Assembly (NCBI RefSeq): GCF_004010195.1
Contig: NC_057740.1
Coordinates: 6,902,999-6,966,959 of the forward strand
Reading direction: 5' to 3'
Origin: Chiloscyllium plagiosum
Lineage: Eukaryota
Length of the DNA: 63,961 nt
Both the position numbers and the translations under genes were made by a program. The number at the start of each line of letters is the position of its first letter. Within the stretch, counting starts at the first letter, position 1. Below the pieces are notes generated by a model. The model did no database searches, was not told the DNA's origin, and saw nothing but the letters and a program-made list of their open reading frames with translations. Of this stretch, positions 13,847 to 24,743 are shown one piece after another.

Positions 13847-13911
13847 CACAGTGTGATGTTCTAGGTTCTGGATCAGTGGTGGAATTCTAGGGTTCAGTCC
13901 ATACAGTTATC
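13847..13911 (+). other. Disrupted J1 RSS (spacer 49 bp instead of 23)
   Basis: 26-bp insertion in the spacer relative to J2 and J3. Confidence 0.85.
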
Positions 13912-14215
13912 CAGGATCCTGGAATTGGAGAGAAAACACCTTCAGATACTCCATTCCCAGCATTGATCATGTATTCCCAGTGCCCCAGTTGGTGTGGGAC
14001 AGTAAGGAATAACCTCACAACAACATCCACACACTGACATTAAAATATCATCAACACTCAGTAGTGGGAATGATTCACAAAGTTACCAATTATGAAATAA
14101 CGGCAATTGGAAAATATTATACCCAAGAACAACATTAAAGTAATTTATGAATTCTTAAATATTAGAGTATTTGATCCAATACAATGATATTAGGAGGCCA
14201 TTATTTCCTGATATC

Positions 14216-14243
14216 AGTTTTTGTGTTACCTTCTGTCACTGTG
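14216..14243 (-). other. 12-RSS of V1
   Basis: CACAGTG-12-ACAAAAACT. Confidence 0.95.
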
Positions 14244-14570
14244 AGACATAAGCACTGGCCGAGCTAAACCACTTTTCACAGTAATACACGGCGGCATCAT
14301 TCACCTCCACGTTTTTGATGATTAACTGGTAAATGTTGTGGCCGCTGTTGGCTGTCGATGTGAAACGGTCGCTGCTAAACCCAGACCCATAGATAGGCGC
14401 ACTGCTCGAGTGATGGTAATAGAGGATCCACTGAGGAGCTGATCCTGGTGTCTGCTTGTACCAGCTCACAACATAGTTATCAGCCGTTCCAATGTTACAG
14501 TCCAGTGTGGCCTTGTTTCCCGGTTTCACAGTCAGGTGTGGAGGCTGAGTCAGAGTCTGACACTGTCCAT
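14244..14570 (-). CDS. Ig light chain V segment, cluster 1 (sigma-type), open frame
   Basis: V-set motifs intact; about 7 nt differences from V2. Confidence 0.9.
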
Positions 14571-14668
14571 CTGTAAAAGAGCAAGGATTAAACATCAGAA
14601 ATGGACCCTTGTAAAGGGGACTGTAAAACCCCGACCTGCTGCTGTGGAAGGAGCAGTGTTTTACTTAC

Positions 14669-14714
14669 AGCCCAGCCACACTGCCAGGGAACAGAAAAAG
14701 CACAAGATCCACAT
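14669..14714 (-). CDS. Ig light chain cluster 1 leader exon (MWILCFFCSLAVWLG)
   Basis: Paralogous to the cluster 2 leader. First ATG mutated to ATT, second ATG intact, GTAAGT donor. Confidence 0.85.
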
Positions 14715-14781
14715 AATTTCTGCCTGTCTTCAGCGACTGTATCTGGGACAGACTGTGGCAGCAGGTTCCCATTGAAGCCAG

Positions 14782-14821
14782 TTATAGAGCCCTTCACAAC
14801 AGGAAGGAAATCCGTGCAAAT
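14782..14821 (-). promoter_or_regulatory. V1 promoter: octamer variant plus TATAA
   Basis: ATTTGCAC at 14814-14821, TATAA at 14782-14786. Confidence 0.65.
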
Positions 14822-15039
14822 GAGAGCGATTCACACTGACCAACCAGAGCAAGGACCTGAAACCCACCCATTCAGGCTCAGAGATTCAGGTTGATGCAGT
14901 GATACCTCAGTCCGACTCTAAACTCTGTCACATTTTACACTGAAGCTCGTTTATTGTCTGATATTTCCCTTTATGTTTACTGCTTCTTCTGGAGTTAAAA
15001 TTGTTCTTCACACCTACTATCAAAAATCTCTTTCTAGAG

Positions 15040-15187
15040 CCAATTCACCTAACCTGCACATCTTTGGACTGTGGGAGTAAACCCACACAGAGAGAATATG
15101 CAAACTCCATACAGACATTCACCCAAGGGTAGAATTGCCTGGCACTGTGAGGCAGCAGTACTAACCACTGAGCCACCATGCCACCCT
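15040..15187 (-). mobile_element. HE1-like SINE 5' part
   Basis: tRNA-like head in reverse; paralog at 33871-34012. Confidence 0.7.
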
Positions 15188-16700
15188 AACAAAAACTTAA
15201 AAATCTGCACATTGTCAATCTTTTCGATCACATAATTTGCTTCTCTGCATGCTCTAATAGCTCCGTGCAAGAGAATAGATTCAGCAAACTCCTAAGCAGA
15301 CAGCACTTACTGAATATCTGGTATTCATGGTCCTTATTTAATTTGCAACCCGACTTGAGGCAGGATTGGAGGTAGAAAGTGAAAATTTAGTTTCCAACAT
15401 CATTCCCAGCTCCAGCTATTTCAGACATTGTGGGTCTGGGCCCAGCAGGGCAGGGCAGGTGCCCATTTCGACTCTGTTAGGGTCTTGTTAACACTGAACT
15501 AATGGACATTGACAAGTCACTTCCAGCATGTCTCCAACTTCCAGTTTGTGTAGGGGCCTGTTTGTATGAGGAAAGGCCCTTTCTGCTTGCCTGGGTATCA
15601 GAGCTGAAAATGTGTTGCTGGAAAAGCGCAGCAGGTCAGGCAGCATCCAAGGAACAGGAGAATCGACATTTCGGGCATAAGCCCTTCTTCAGAAATCAGA
15701 GCAACCAACTGCTTCCCTGAGAAGGGGCTACATTCCATCCCATAATTCATGAGGAACCTGTCTCCAGGCCAGTTCAGAGGATCCCTCTGTGAGAATCCCA
15801 ATGTGTGTATGTTCCCAGCCTCCAAGATAGGAATTGGAGCAGAGTGACATTCCCAACTCCTGTATCCCTCCCCAGGGTGAATATCCAGCCTAAGGTGTTG
15901 GTGAAACCCCTCAGTTAATGTTTGGATAATTTTGCTCTGTCATAGTTTGTGTGAACATGAAAGAGCTGAGCATGTGACTAGTTAATGATGCACCCACTTG
16001 CCACCTAACTATCATATTGACCACCAGGTGACCAGTTACACAATTAACAATATTTCACAGAATGGTGAATATGATTGAGTCAATAAGTATATCTGTTATT
16101 TCCATGGAACCCGAACATTGAGAATGAATTGAACTTCATGGGAATGTTGAAGGAGTTTGAATGAAGCTGCTCAGCAGTCAGTATTTGAGGGTGGTTTGTG
16201 CTGTCCAATCCAGCTGCTCCGAGTGGGTGAAATGAACAAACACCTGGCGCCCAGCAGGAACTGGGGCCTGTTATTTTAAGCTGAGGGACTGTCCAGAACA
16301 CAGTCAACCTCAATATAACATCATTTTACTGCAACCGTACCCAAATCTCTCAGATTCCGTTCCACCCATTTAAGTAACAGAAACATCACTGTTTAAGGAG
16401 GCGAACCAGTTCTGTTGGGAATCTATAGCATGGTCTGTTTTGCATCAACTTATTTAAAAACTCCATGTGAAAGGAAGGAAACAGTAAAGATGATTTGTCA
16501 CATTGTCAGTTTTGTCGAGTTTTCGTTGTGTCTGTTCATGAGTCCGAGCAGCTTTATTGTGCTAACGTTCAAACCTGCCTCATTAATGACTGACCACTCC
16601 TCTATAGTACCCCCCCCCTGCCCAATGCTAGCTGGATTCTACCTCTCACTGTGGGAAGTTGTCACAGCCCAGGTTCCCCAGAATTGAGCAGCAGAATTGT

Positions 16701-17003
16701 GGGTGGCAAGGTGGCACAGTGGTTAGCACTGCTGCCTCACAGCGCCAGAGACCCAGGTTCAATTCCCGCCTCAGACAACTGGCTGTGTGGAGTTTGCATA
16801 TTCTCCCCGTGTCTACGTGGGTTTGCTCCGGGTGCTCCGGTTTCCTCCCACAGTCCAAAAATGTGCAGGGTAGGTGAATTGGCCCATAGTGTTAAGTGAA
16901 GGGGTAAATGTAGGGGAATGGGTCTGGGTGGGTTGCACTTCGGCGGGTCGGTGTGGACTTGTTGGGCCAAATGGCCTGTTTCTACACTGTAAGTAATCTA
17001 ATT
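16701..17003 (+). mobile_element. HE1-like tRNA-derived SINE
   Basis: A/B boxes (tggcacagtgg...ggttcaattcc), core, tctaa tail. Confidence 0.85.
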
Positions 17004-17009
17004 TAAGTA

Positions 17010-18900
17010 AAATCCTCTGGACTCTCAAACAGTTACTGCAGATTGGACAGTGGCAAATGTAATCCAGTATTAACAAAGGCAGGGAGAAAGAAAAAATACA
17101 GTGAATTACAAACCAAATAGACTAATATCGGTCGTGGGACAAAATGCTAGAGACAATTATAAAAGAATATTTGTAAAACATTGGTGAGATTGGACAAAGC
17201 CAGCATAGGTTTAGGAAAGACAAACCATGCTTAAGCATGCTGATGGAGTTTTTTGAAGATGCCTCAAGTCGAGTAGATAAGGGAGACCCAGTGGAATTGG
17301 TGCATTTGGACTATTAGACAGCTTTTGCTACAATCCCTGGTGAGAAGTTAGTGTGCAAAGTGAAAGCAGATGGGATAAGAAATAATATATCGGCATAGAT
17401 CAGGAGTTGGTTGAGAGACAGGAAACAGAGAGTGGGAATAAATGTTTTCTGTGGGTCAGGAAGTGACTATTGGGATACTGCAAGGATCGCTATTTGCCAT
17501 ATATACAATTGACCTAAATAATGAAATCAAATACCCCTAAACTACTGACAACACAAAACGAAGCAGGATTGTGAATTGTGAGGAGGGATGAAAAGAGACT
17601 TAAAAGTGATTTACTCAACATGAGTGAGTGGGCAAACACATGGCAGGCACATTACATTGGAGCTAAATGCGACGTTGTAAATTTTGGTGTGGAAATCAGA
17701 AAGGAAGAGTTTTTTTTAAATGATAATACATTGGCAAGTGTGAAAAGAGAGAGAGATCTGGGTGTCCACATATCACAGTCAATGAAAGTACATAGGCAGG
17801 TACAGCAAGCAATTAGAATGGCTAATTTCATTTTGGCTTTCATTGCAAGAGGATTGGAATTCAGAAGTAGGGCTGACATACTGCAGTTACACAGGGCCTT
17901 GGTAAGACCATATGTGCACAGTTTTGGTCTCTCCATTGAGGAAAGCATAGACTTGTCTTGGACAGAGTATGGCAGAGGTTATATTTGGCTGATACTGGGA
18001 GTTTTGCCACTGTCTTATGAGGAACAATTACTTCAACTGGGCCTCTATTCGACACCATGACTAGCTCTGCTGTATCGCAGGGTTTGGCCAAGTCCAAATG
18101 AGCTTCAGGAGCACAGACAGCTATTTCTGTGGTCACAAGGAAGATTTCAGCATGGTGTATTGCCTCCTGGTGACAGGATTAAGGACATCTTGGAGAAGTT
18201 GCAGTAAATTGTCAAAGGGCAGCATGAGGTCATTGTACACATTGGTACGAACAACACAGGTAGGAAAAGGGATGAGGTCCTGCAGAGTGAATAGAGGGAG
18301 TTTGGCAGACCTGATGTGTAATAATCTCTGAATTAATCCCAGTGCCACACGCTGATGAGGCAAGGAGTAAAAGTATCAGGCAGATGCATTTGTGGCTGAG
18401 GAGCTGGTGCAGGGGACAGGGATTTAGATTTTTGGATCATTGTGAGATCTTCTGGGCCAGACGTGACCTGTTCAAGAGGGACATGTTGCACCTGAACTGG
18501 TGGGGCGTTTTGCTAGAGCTACATGGGAGAGTTTAAACTAGCCTGGGTGGGGCAGGCTCTAAGCAGTAGTGAGACAAGAGAGAAGATTGAGATGCAGAAG
18601 TTAGAGAGAGCAAGTTAAATAAACAAGGCAGACAAGAGCAGGGCAGAGAATAAGGGAAGACTGATGAATTAAACGGCATTTATTTCAATACAAGAAGTCT
18701 AACAGTTTAGGCAAGAGAGGAGGGGGTTTTGATTTTTGATTAAGGAAAACATCACGGTGATGCTTAGAGAGGACATTCTTGAGGGATTGTTCAGTGAAGC
18801 TACATGGATGGAACTGAGAAATAAGGAGGAGTGACAAATTGATGGGACTGTACCCACTCCCCTCATCCCCAATAGTCAGTGGGAAATTGAAGAGTAAATA
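17010..18900 (+). mobile_element. CR1-like fragments (RT, then ORF1/endonuclease pieces), paralogous to ~43850-46140
   Basis: RDLGVH and LHRALVRP motifs; part of the duplicated unit. Confidence 0.7.
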
Positions 18901-18901
18901 T

Positions 18902-20870
18902 GTAGACAATAAACAATAGGTGCAGCAGGAGGCCATTCAGCCCTTCGAGCCAGCACTACCATTCATTATGATCATGGCTGATCATCCACAATCAGTATCC
19001 TGTTCCTGCCTTATCCCCATAACCCTTGACTCCACTATCTTTAAGAGCTCTATCCATCTCTTTCTTGAAAATATCCAGAGACGTGGCCTCCACTGCCCTC
19101 TGGGGCACAGCATTCCATACACCCACCACTCTCTGGGTGAAGAAGTTTCTCCTCAACTCTGTTCTAAATGACCTATCCCTTATTTTTAAATCGTGTCCTC
19201 TGGCTCTGGACTCACCCATCAGCGGAAACAGGCTTCCTACCTCCAGATTGTCCAATCCTTTAATAATTTTATACATATCAATCAGATCCCCTCTCATGCT
19301 TCTAAACTCAAGTGTACACAAGCCCAGTCACTCTAATCTTTCAACATATGATAGTCCTGCCATTCCAGGAATTGACCTCGTGAACCTACTGCACTCCCTC
19401 AATAGCCAGAATGTCCTTCCTCAAATTTGGAGATCAAAGCTGCAGTCTCACCAGGGCCCTGTACAGCTGCAGAAGGACCTCTTTGCTACTATACTCAATT
19501 CCTCTTGTTAGGAAGGCTAGCATTCCATTATCTTTCTTCACTACCTGCTGTACCTGCATGCTTGCTTTCATCGACTGATGTACAAGAACACCTAGATCTC
19601 ACTGTACTACCCCTTTACCTAACTTGACTCCATTTAAATAGTAATCTGCCTTCCTGTTCTTGCCACCAAAGTGGATAACCACACATTTATCCACATTAAA
19701 CTGCATCTGGCATGCATCTGTCCATTTACCTAGCCTGACCAAGTCACCCTGTATTCTCATAACATCCTCCTCACATTTCATCCTGCCACCCAGCTTTGTG
19801 TCATCAGCAAATCTGCTAGTATTACTTCTACTGCCTTCATCTATATCATTAATGTATATTGTAAACAGCTGCGGTCCCAGCACCGAACCTTGTGGTACCC
19901 CACAGGTCACCACCTGCCATTCCAAAAGGGACCGTTTATCACAACTCTTTGCTTCCTGTCAGCCAGCCAATTTTTAATCCAAGTCAGTATTTTGCCCCCA
20001 AGATCACGTGCCCTAATTTTGCTCACTAATCTCCTATGTGGGACTTTATCAAAGGCTTTCTGAAAATCCAGGTACACTACATCCACTGGCTCTCCCTTGT
20101 CCATAGTTGCATCCTCAAAAAATTCCAGAAGATTGGTCAAGTACGATTTCCCCTCCATTAACTCATGCTGACTCTGACCTATCCTGTTACTGCTATCCAA
20201 ATGAGTTGTAATTTCATCTCTTATAATTGACTCCAGCATCTTTCCCACCACTGACGTCAGGCCAACCGGTCTATAATTCCTGTTTTCTCTCTCCCTCCTT
20301 TCTTGAAAAGTGAGACAACATTAGCCACCCTCCAATCCACAGAACTGATCCTGAATCGATAGAATATTGGAAAATGATTACCAATGCTTCCACGATTTCT
20401 ACAGCCACCTCCTTAAGTACCCTGTGAAGCAGACCACCATGTCCTGGGGATTTATCAGCCTTCAGACCTAACAGTCTATCCAATACCATTTCCTGCCTAA
20501 TATAAATTCCCTTCAGTTCATCCATTACCTTCGGTCCTTCAGCCACTATTACATCTGGGAGGTTGCTTGTATCTTCCCCAGTGAAGACAGATCCAAAATA
20601 TCTATTCAACTCTTCTGTCATCTGCTTGTTCCCCATAATAAATTCATCTGTTTCTGTCTTCAAGTGCCCAATTATAGTCTTAACTATTTCTTTTCAATTC
20701 ACATACCTGAAAAAAGCTTTTACTATCCTCCTTTATATTTTTGGCCAGTATGCCTTCATACCTCATTTTTTCACCTTTTTAGTTATCCTCTGTTGCTCTT
20801 TAAAGGTTTCCCAGGCCTCTAGCTTCCTGCTCATCTTTGCTATGTTATGCTTCTTCTCTTTTATCTTTGT
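18902..20870 (-). mobile_element. CR1-like LINE, RT half
   Basis: YLDFQKAFDKVPH, GVPQGSVLGP and FADDTKL motifs; 3' tail at ~18902. Confidence 0.88.
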
Positions 20871-20921
20871 ATCCTGGTTTTAATATGAATTTAAACCTTA
20901 ATAATTCAAAGTTTAGGAGAA

Positions 20922-21275
20922 CTTTTGTAGCTCGGGTGCTCGTTGTTGTGGTTCTGTTCGCCGAGCTGGGAATTTGTGTTGCAGACATTTCGTCCCCTGT
21001 CTAGGTGACATCCTCAGTGCTCGGGAGCTTCCTGTGAAGCGCTTCCATGATGTTTCCTCCGGCATTTATAGTGATTTGTATCTGCCGCTTCCGGTTGTCA
21101 GTTCCAGCTGTCCCCTGCAGTGGCCGGTATTTTGGGTCCAGGTCGATGTGCTTATTGATTGAATCTGTGGATGAGTGCCATGCCTCGAGGAATTCCCTGG
21201 CTGTTCTCTGTTTGGCTTGTCCTAGTAGTAACAGAGAACAACCAGGGAATTCCCAGAGGCATGGCACTCATCCAC
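20922..21275 (-). mobile_element. Penelope-like element 3' end (third family)
   Basis: AREFLEAWHS...INKHIDLDP endonuclease C-terminus; CTGAGGA...GAAA motif. Confidence 0.65.
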
Positions 21276-21479
21276 ACCTTAATAATCATTTTATATTCAC
21301 ATTTAAATTATTTATTAAGATCATTTATATGGAAGTGACAACTCTGCAAAGTAAGACCTATATGATATCATAAAATGTTGTCATTGTATCATCTTCTTCC
21401 TTTGTTGCATTATAATGAATCAATTCTGCAGTGTTAGCCTTGGCTCAGCGAGAGCATACTCACCTCTGAGTCGGAAGGT

Positions 21480-22580
21480 GTTAGAAATATTGTTTACATT
21501 GACTTTAGTAAATCCTTTAACAAAGTTCTGCACGGTAGACTAATTAGTAAAGTTAGATCATATGGAACTCAGGGAGAGCTAGCCAATTGGATACAAAATT
21601 AGCTTGCAGATAGGGAACAGAGGGTGGTATGGAGGGTTGTTTTTCTTACTGGAGGCCTGTGACCAGAGATGTTCCGCAGGGATCAATGCTGGGTCCACTG
21701 TTGTTTGTCATTTATGTAAAAGATTTGGATGAGAATTTAGGAGACATGATTAATATGGTTGCGGATGATACCAAGGTTGGTGGTATAGTGGACTGATGAA
21801 GGTTATCTCAGATTACAAGGAAATTTTGGTCAATTGAGGTAATGTGCCGAGGAGTGGCAGTGGCAGTTTAATTTGGATAAATGTGAGGTATTGTATTTTG
21901 GTAAAACAAACAAAACCAGGACTCATATAATTAATGGTAGTGTTGTAGAAAGGGAGACCTGGGTGCATAATTCTTTTAAATTTGTATCACATGCAGTCAG
22001 GGTGCTTAAGAAGATGTTTAGCATGCTCGCTTTCATTTCACAGACCTTAGGGTGTCGGAGTTGGGATGTGATATTGAGGTTGTACAGGATGTTGGTGAGG
22101 TGTCTTCTGGAGTACTGTGTGCCATTCTGGTTGCCCTGCTACAGGAAAGATATTATGACATTGGAGAGGGTTCAGAAAAGATTTACCAGCAGCATATTGC
22201 CAGGATTGGAAGGTGTCAGTTATGAAGGTAGTCTGGAGAGGCTGGGAGGTTTTTCATTGCAATATCGATGACCTTATAGAGGTTTATCAAAACATGAGGG
22301 TCATAGATGAATATGGTAAGGGTCTTTTCCCCAGGGTGGTGGAGTTCAATAATATGGGCCATATTTTTAAGGTGTGAGGAGAAAGATATAAAAAGGCCAT
22401 GAAAGGCAAGCTTTTTTCACTCAGATTGATGAAGTTGATAAACCCCAGGATCTCCTGTTCTACATTGGATTACCAGTGGTGTAGGGGTTTATGGCCATGG
22501 GGTGGTTAAAAGGCATTGAAGTCTTCAATACTATGATCATATTGAACAGCTGGGCAGGCTAGATGGACCAAGTGGCACAC
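21480..22580 (+). mobile_element. CR1-like LINE 3' part (paralog at 53400-54235)
   Basis: VPQGSMLGPLLF and LERVQKRFT motifs. Confidence 0.75.
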
Positions 22581-24071
22581 TCATGTTCTTGTGTTCTCTC
22601 CTGCATCATTGATGTCATTAATACTGTGAGGGGACATGACCTCTGGCGGTTCACGCACCCTCTTTCAGAATGCAGCTGCTCAGTGGCATTCTTGACCCTG
22701 GCACCAAACAGACAAAGTACCATCATTATGTCGGGACTGTGGGCAAAGAAAAGCTTGTCTGTTTTCCAAACTATAGCAATATGTATCATCAATTCTTTCG
22801 AGCCTTCTGTACAAACCCTGTACACTGAACCATGTTCTGGCTCTGGTTACACTCCCCAAAGGAATAACAAAACAAAAAGGACTGCAGTGATGTCAACATG
22901 TAACCGAACCGATGACAATTCCTGCACATCTGATTGTCCAACAACACCATGGGATTGCAGCTCAGTTAAGAGGACACTTGCTTTTCCGTCCTGAAGTTCT
23001 GGGTATAAATCCCACTTCAGAATTCTAACCCCAAAACATGGCTGCTGCTTGACTACAACACTGAGGCTGTGCTGCTTTGTTGGAAGTGCTATCCTGCACT
23101 TGCATTACTTGGAGGCTGCAATTGTCTGTTTGGATGAATTCAACAAAAATCCTTGTCCACATCACAGGAGATGGCCTGGAGTTTCTACATGTCACATAAC
23201 TCAATGGGGATGAGTTGCTCTGCCATCTCTCTACTTATTGGATTAATATCTAAACACCACAGATTGTATGTCCCTCCAGAGAAATGAATATCTATTAACC
23301 ACACAACTTGTCCTTTCAATCTCACCACATTCCTAAATTGAACTAGTCTTCAATGTTGCACTCTCTCAATCCCCTTGTGAAAGTCTGCGTACGAAACATT
23401 GACTGAATTTCTTTTCTCTTCATATAGCACATTTCTACTTCTCAACTGAGTTCCACATTTATGAAAGTATTCTGATCATCCTAAGAAGTCCCTGTGTCCA
23501 GGTGAACATTAATCCATCCTGCATGTCACATTTAGAAGTTTCTTCTGCTGCTGTTAAACTGTCCGGTCTGTCATTGCCAAGATTATTTCTTTATGAACTC
23601 AATGTTAGAGTGGCAACTCTCCAGGTGACTGATCCAACTCTCATTCCCAAGCTCTTCTGGGATGAAAAGAAATCAAATCAGAACAGGAGGGAAGTACAGA
23701 AACATTTTAAAATTATTCCATGTGTGTGTGAACACCACAGGCTAGGCCAGCATTTATTTCACATCTCCAACTGCCCCTGAGAATATGTCGATGAACTTCC
23801 TTCTTGAACTGCTATTTACTGCTCAACTGACTATTCTGTGGAAGGGGATTCCAGGAACAGTGCAATAATTTCCAAGTCAAGATATGGTAATGGTGTGTCC
23901 ATGCTTTTGTTGCTATTTTTTCCTCCAAATCAGTAAAAGTCACAAATTTGGAACGTCATTTTGAAAGTGTCTTGGGGAGTAGATGCCATACATTGTGTAG
24001 ATGCAGTGAGAGGACGAGAAAGCCCACACAAGTTGACAAAATACACGGAAGGATTTCCTGCACAGATTCTT

Positions 24072-24077
24072 TTTATT
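24072..24077 (-). terminator. Probable poly(A) signal of C2
   Basis: AATAAA ~345 nt after the stop. Conserved in cluster 3 (55887-55892); AATGAA in cluster 1. Confidence 0.6.
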
Positions 24078-24420
24078 GGACATTACACTCAGCTACAATT
24101 ATTAATCGCCTGATGCTGTTGGCTGATCATGAACTCACATGAAAGCCAGCATGGGGTGTTGAGCACAGCACCCACATGAACTGAAATTCCTGACTGGAGC
24201 CAAGTCACTGGTCACTGAAACGTGAAATGGGAAACTGAGCAGAACCTGCCTCAGGTACAAACACTTCAAACATAATACAGCACAAACACGCAGAGCAAAA
24301 CAGGAACACAAAATGCAGCAGATTCCAGAGGAAGCGGGTTAAGTAATGGTGAAAGGGTGGAAGCTAAGTGTCATTTTCTGCCTAAATTAGACAGCAAACA
24401 CAGATGAAACTTCCAAATAT

Positions 24421-24743
24421 TTAACAGCCGGATTGAGAGACTGTTGCGGTTGTTTCTGAAGCTGCTCCTTGTTGCACTGTGCAGGAGTACACCTTCCCAC
24501 TGCTCCAATCACTGCCAGGGACGGTCAGGTAGCTGCTGAGACTGAAGCTGTTGTCCGGGTCACGGGACACCACGCTGGTTTGGACCTCACTGCTCGTCGG
24601 ACTCCCATCCACTGTCCAGCTGACCGCAGCAAAGCCCATGGACAGTTTGCTGACCAGACAAACTAATGTGCCTGCCCCTTTACTGGACATCTCCTCATCT
24701 GAAGGCCCAAGCAGTTTTACTGAAGGGTCAGGGAGTTGCTGAG
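24421..24743 (-). CDS. Ig light chain C exon, cluster 2, intact
   Basis: cttgcag acceptor; C1-set domain (GTLVCLVS, SWTVDG, SFSLSSYLTV, YSCTV) ending in the light-chain terminal Cys (SGC*). Confidence 0.93.

Noticed and set aside
13810-14570. TCR, IgNAR or germline-joined gene interpretation
   Set aside because: V and J are separate with RSSs, no D segment is evident, and the single C exon ends in Cys-stop with no TM exon, which is light-chain architecture
14571-14595. ORF-track N-terminus MFNPCSFT of the V ORFs (also clusters 2 and 3)
   Set aside because: Intron sequence upstream of the tttacag acceptor; the real start is the separate leader exon
16701-16770. tRNA gene
   Set aside because: tRNA-like A/B boxes are the head of a multi-copy HE1-like SINE
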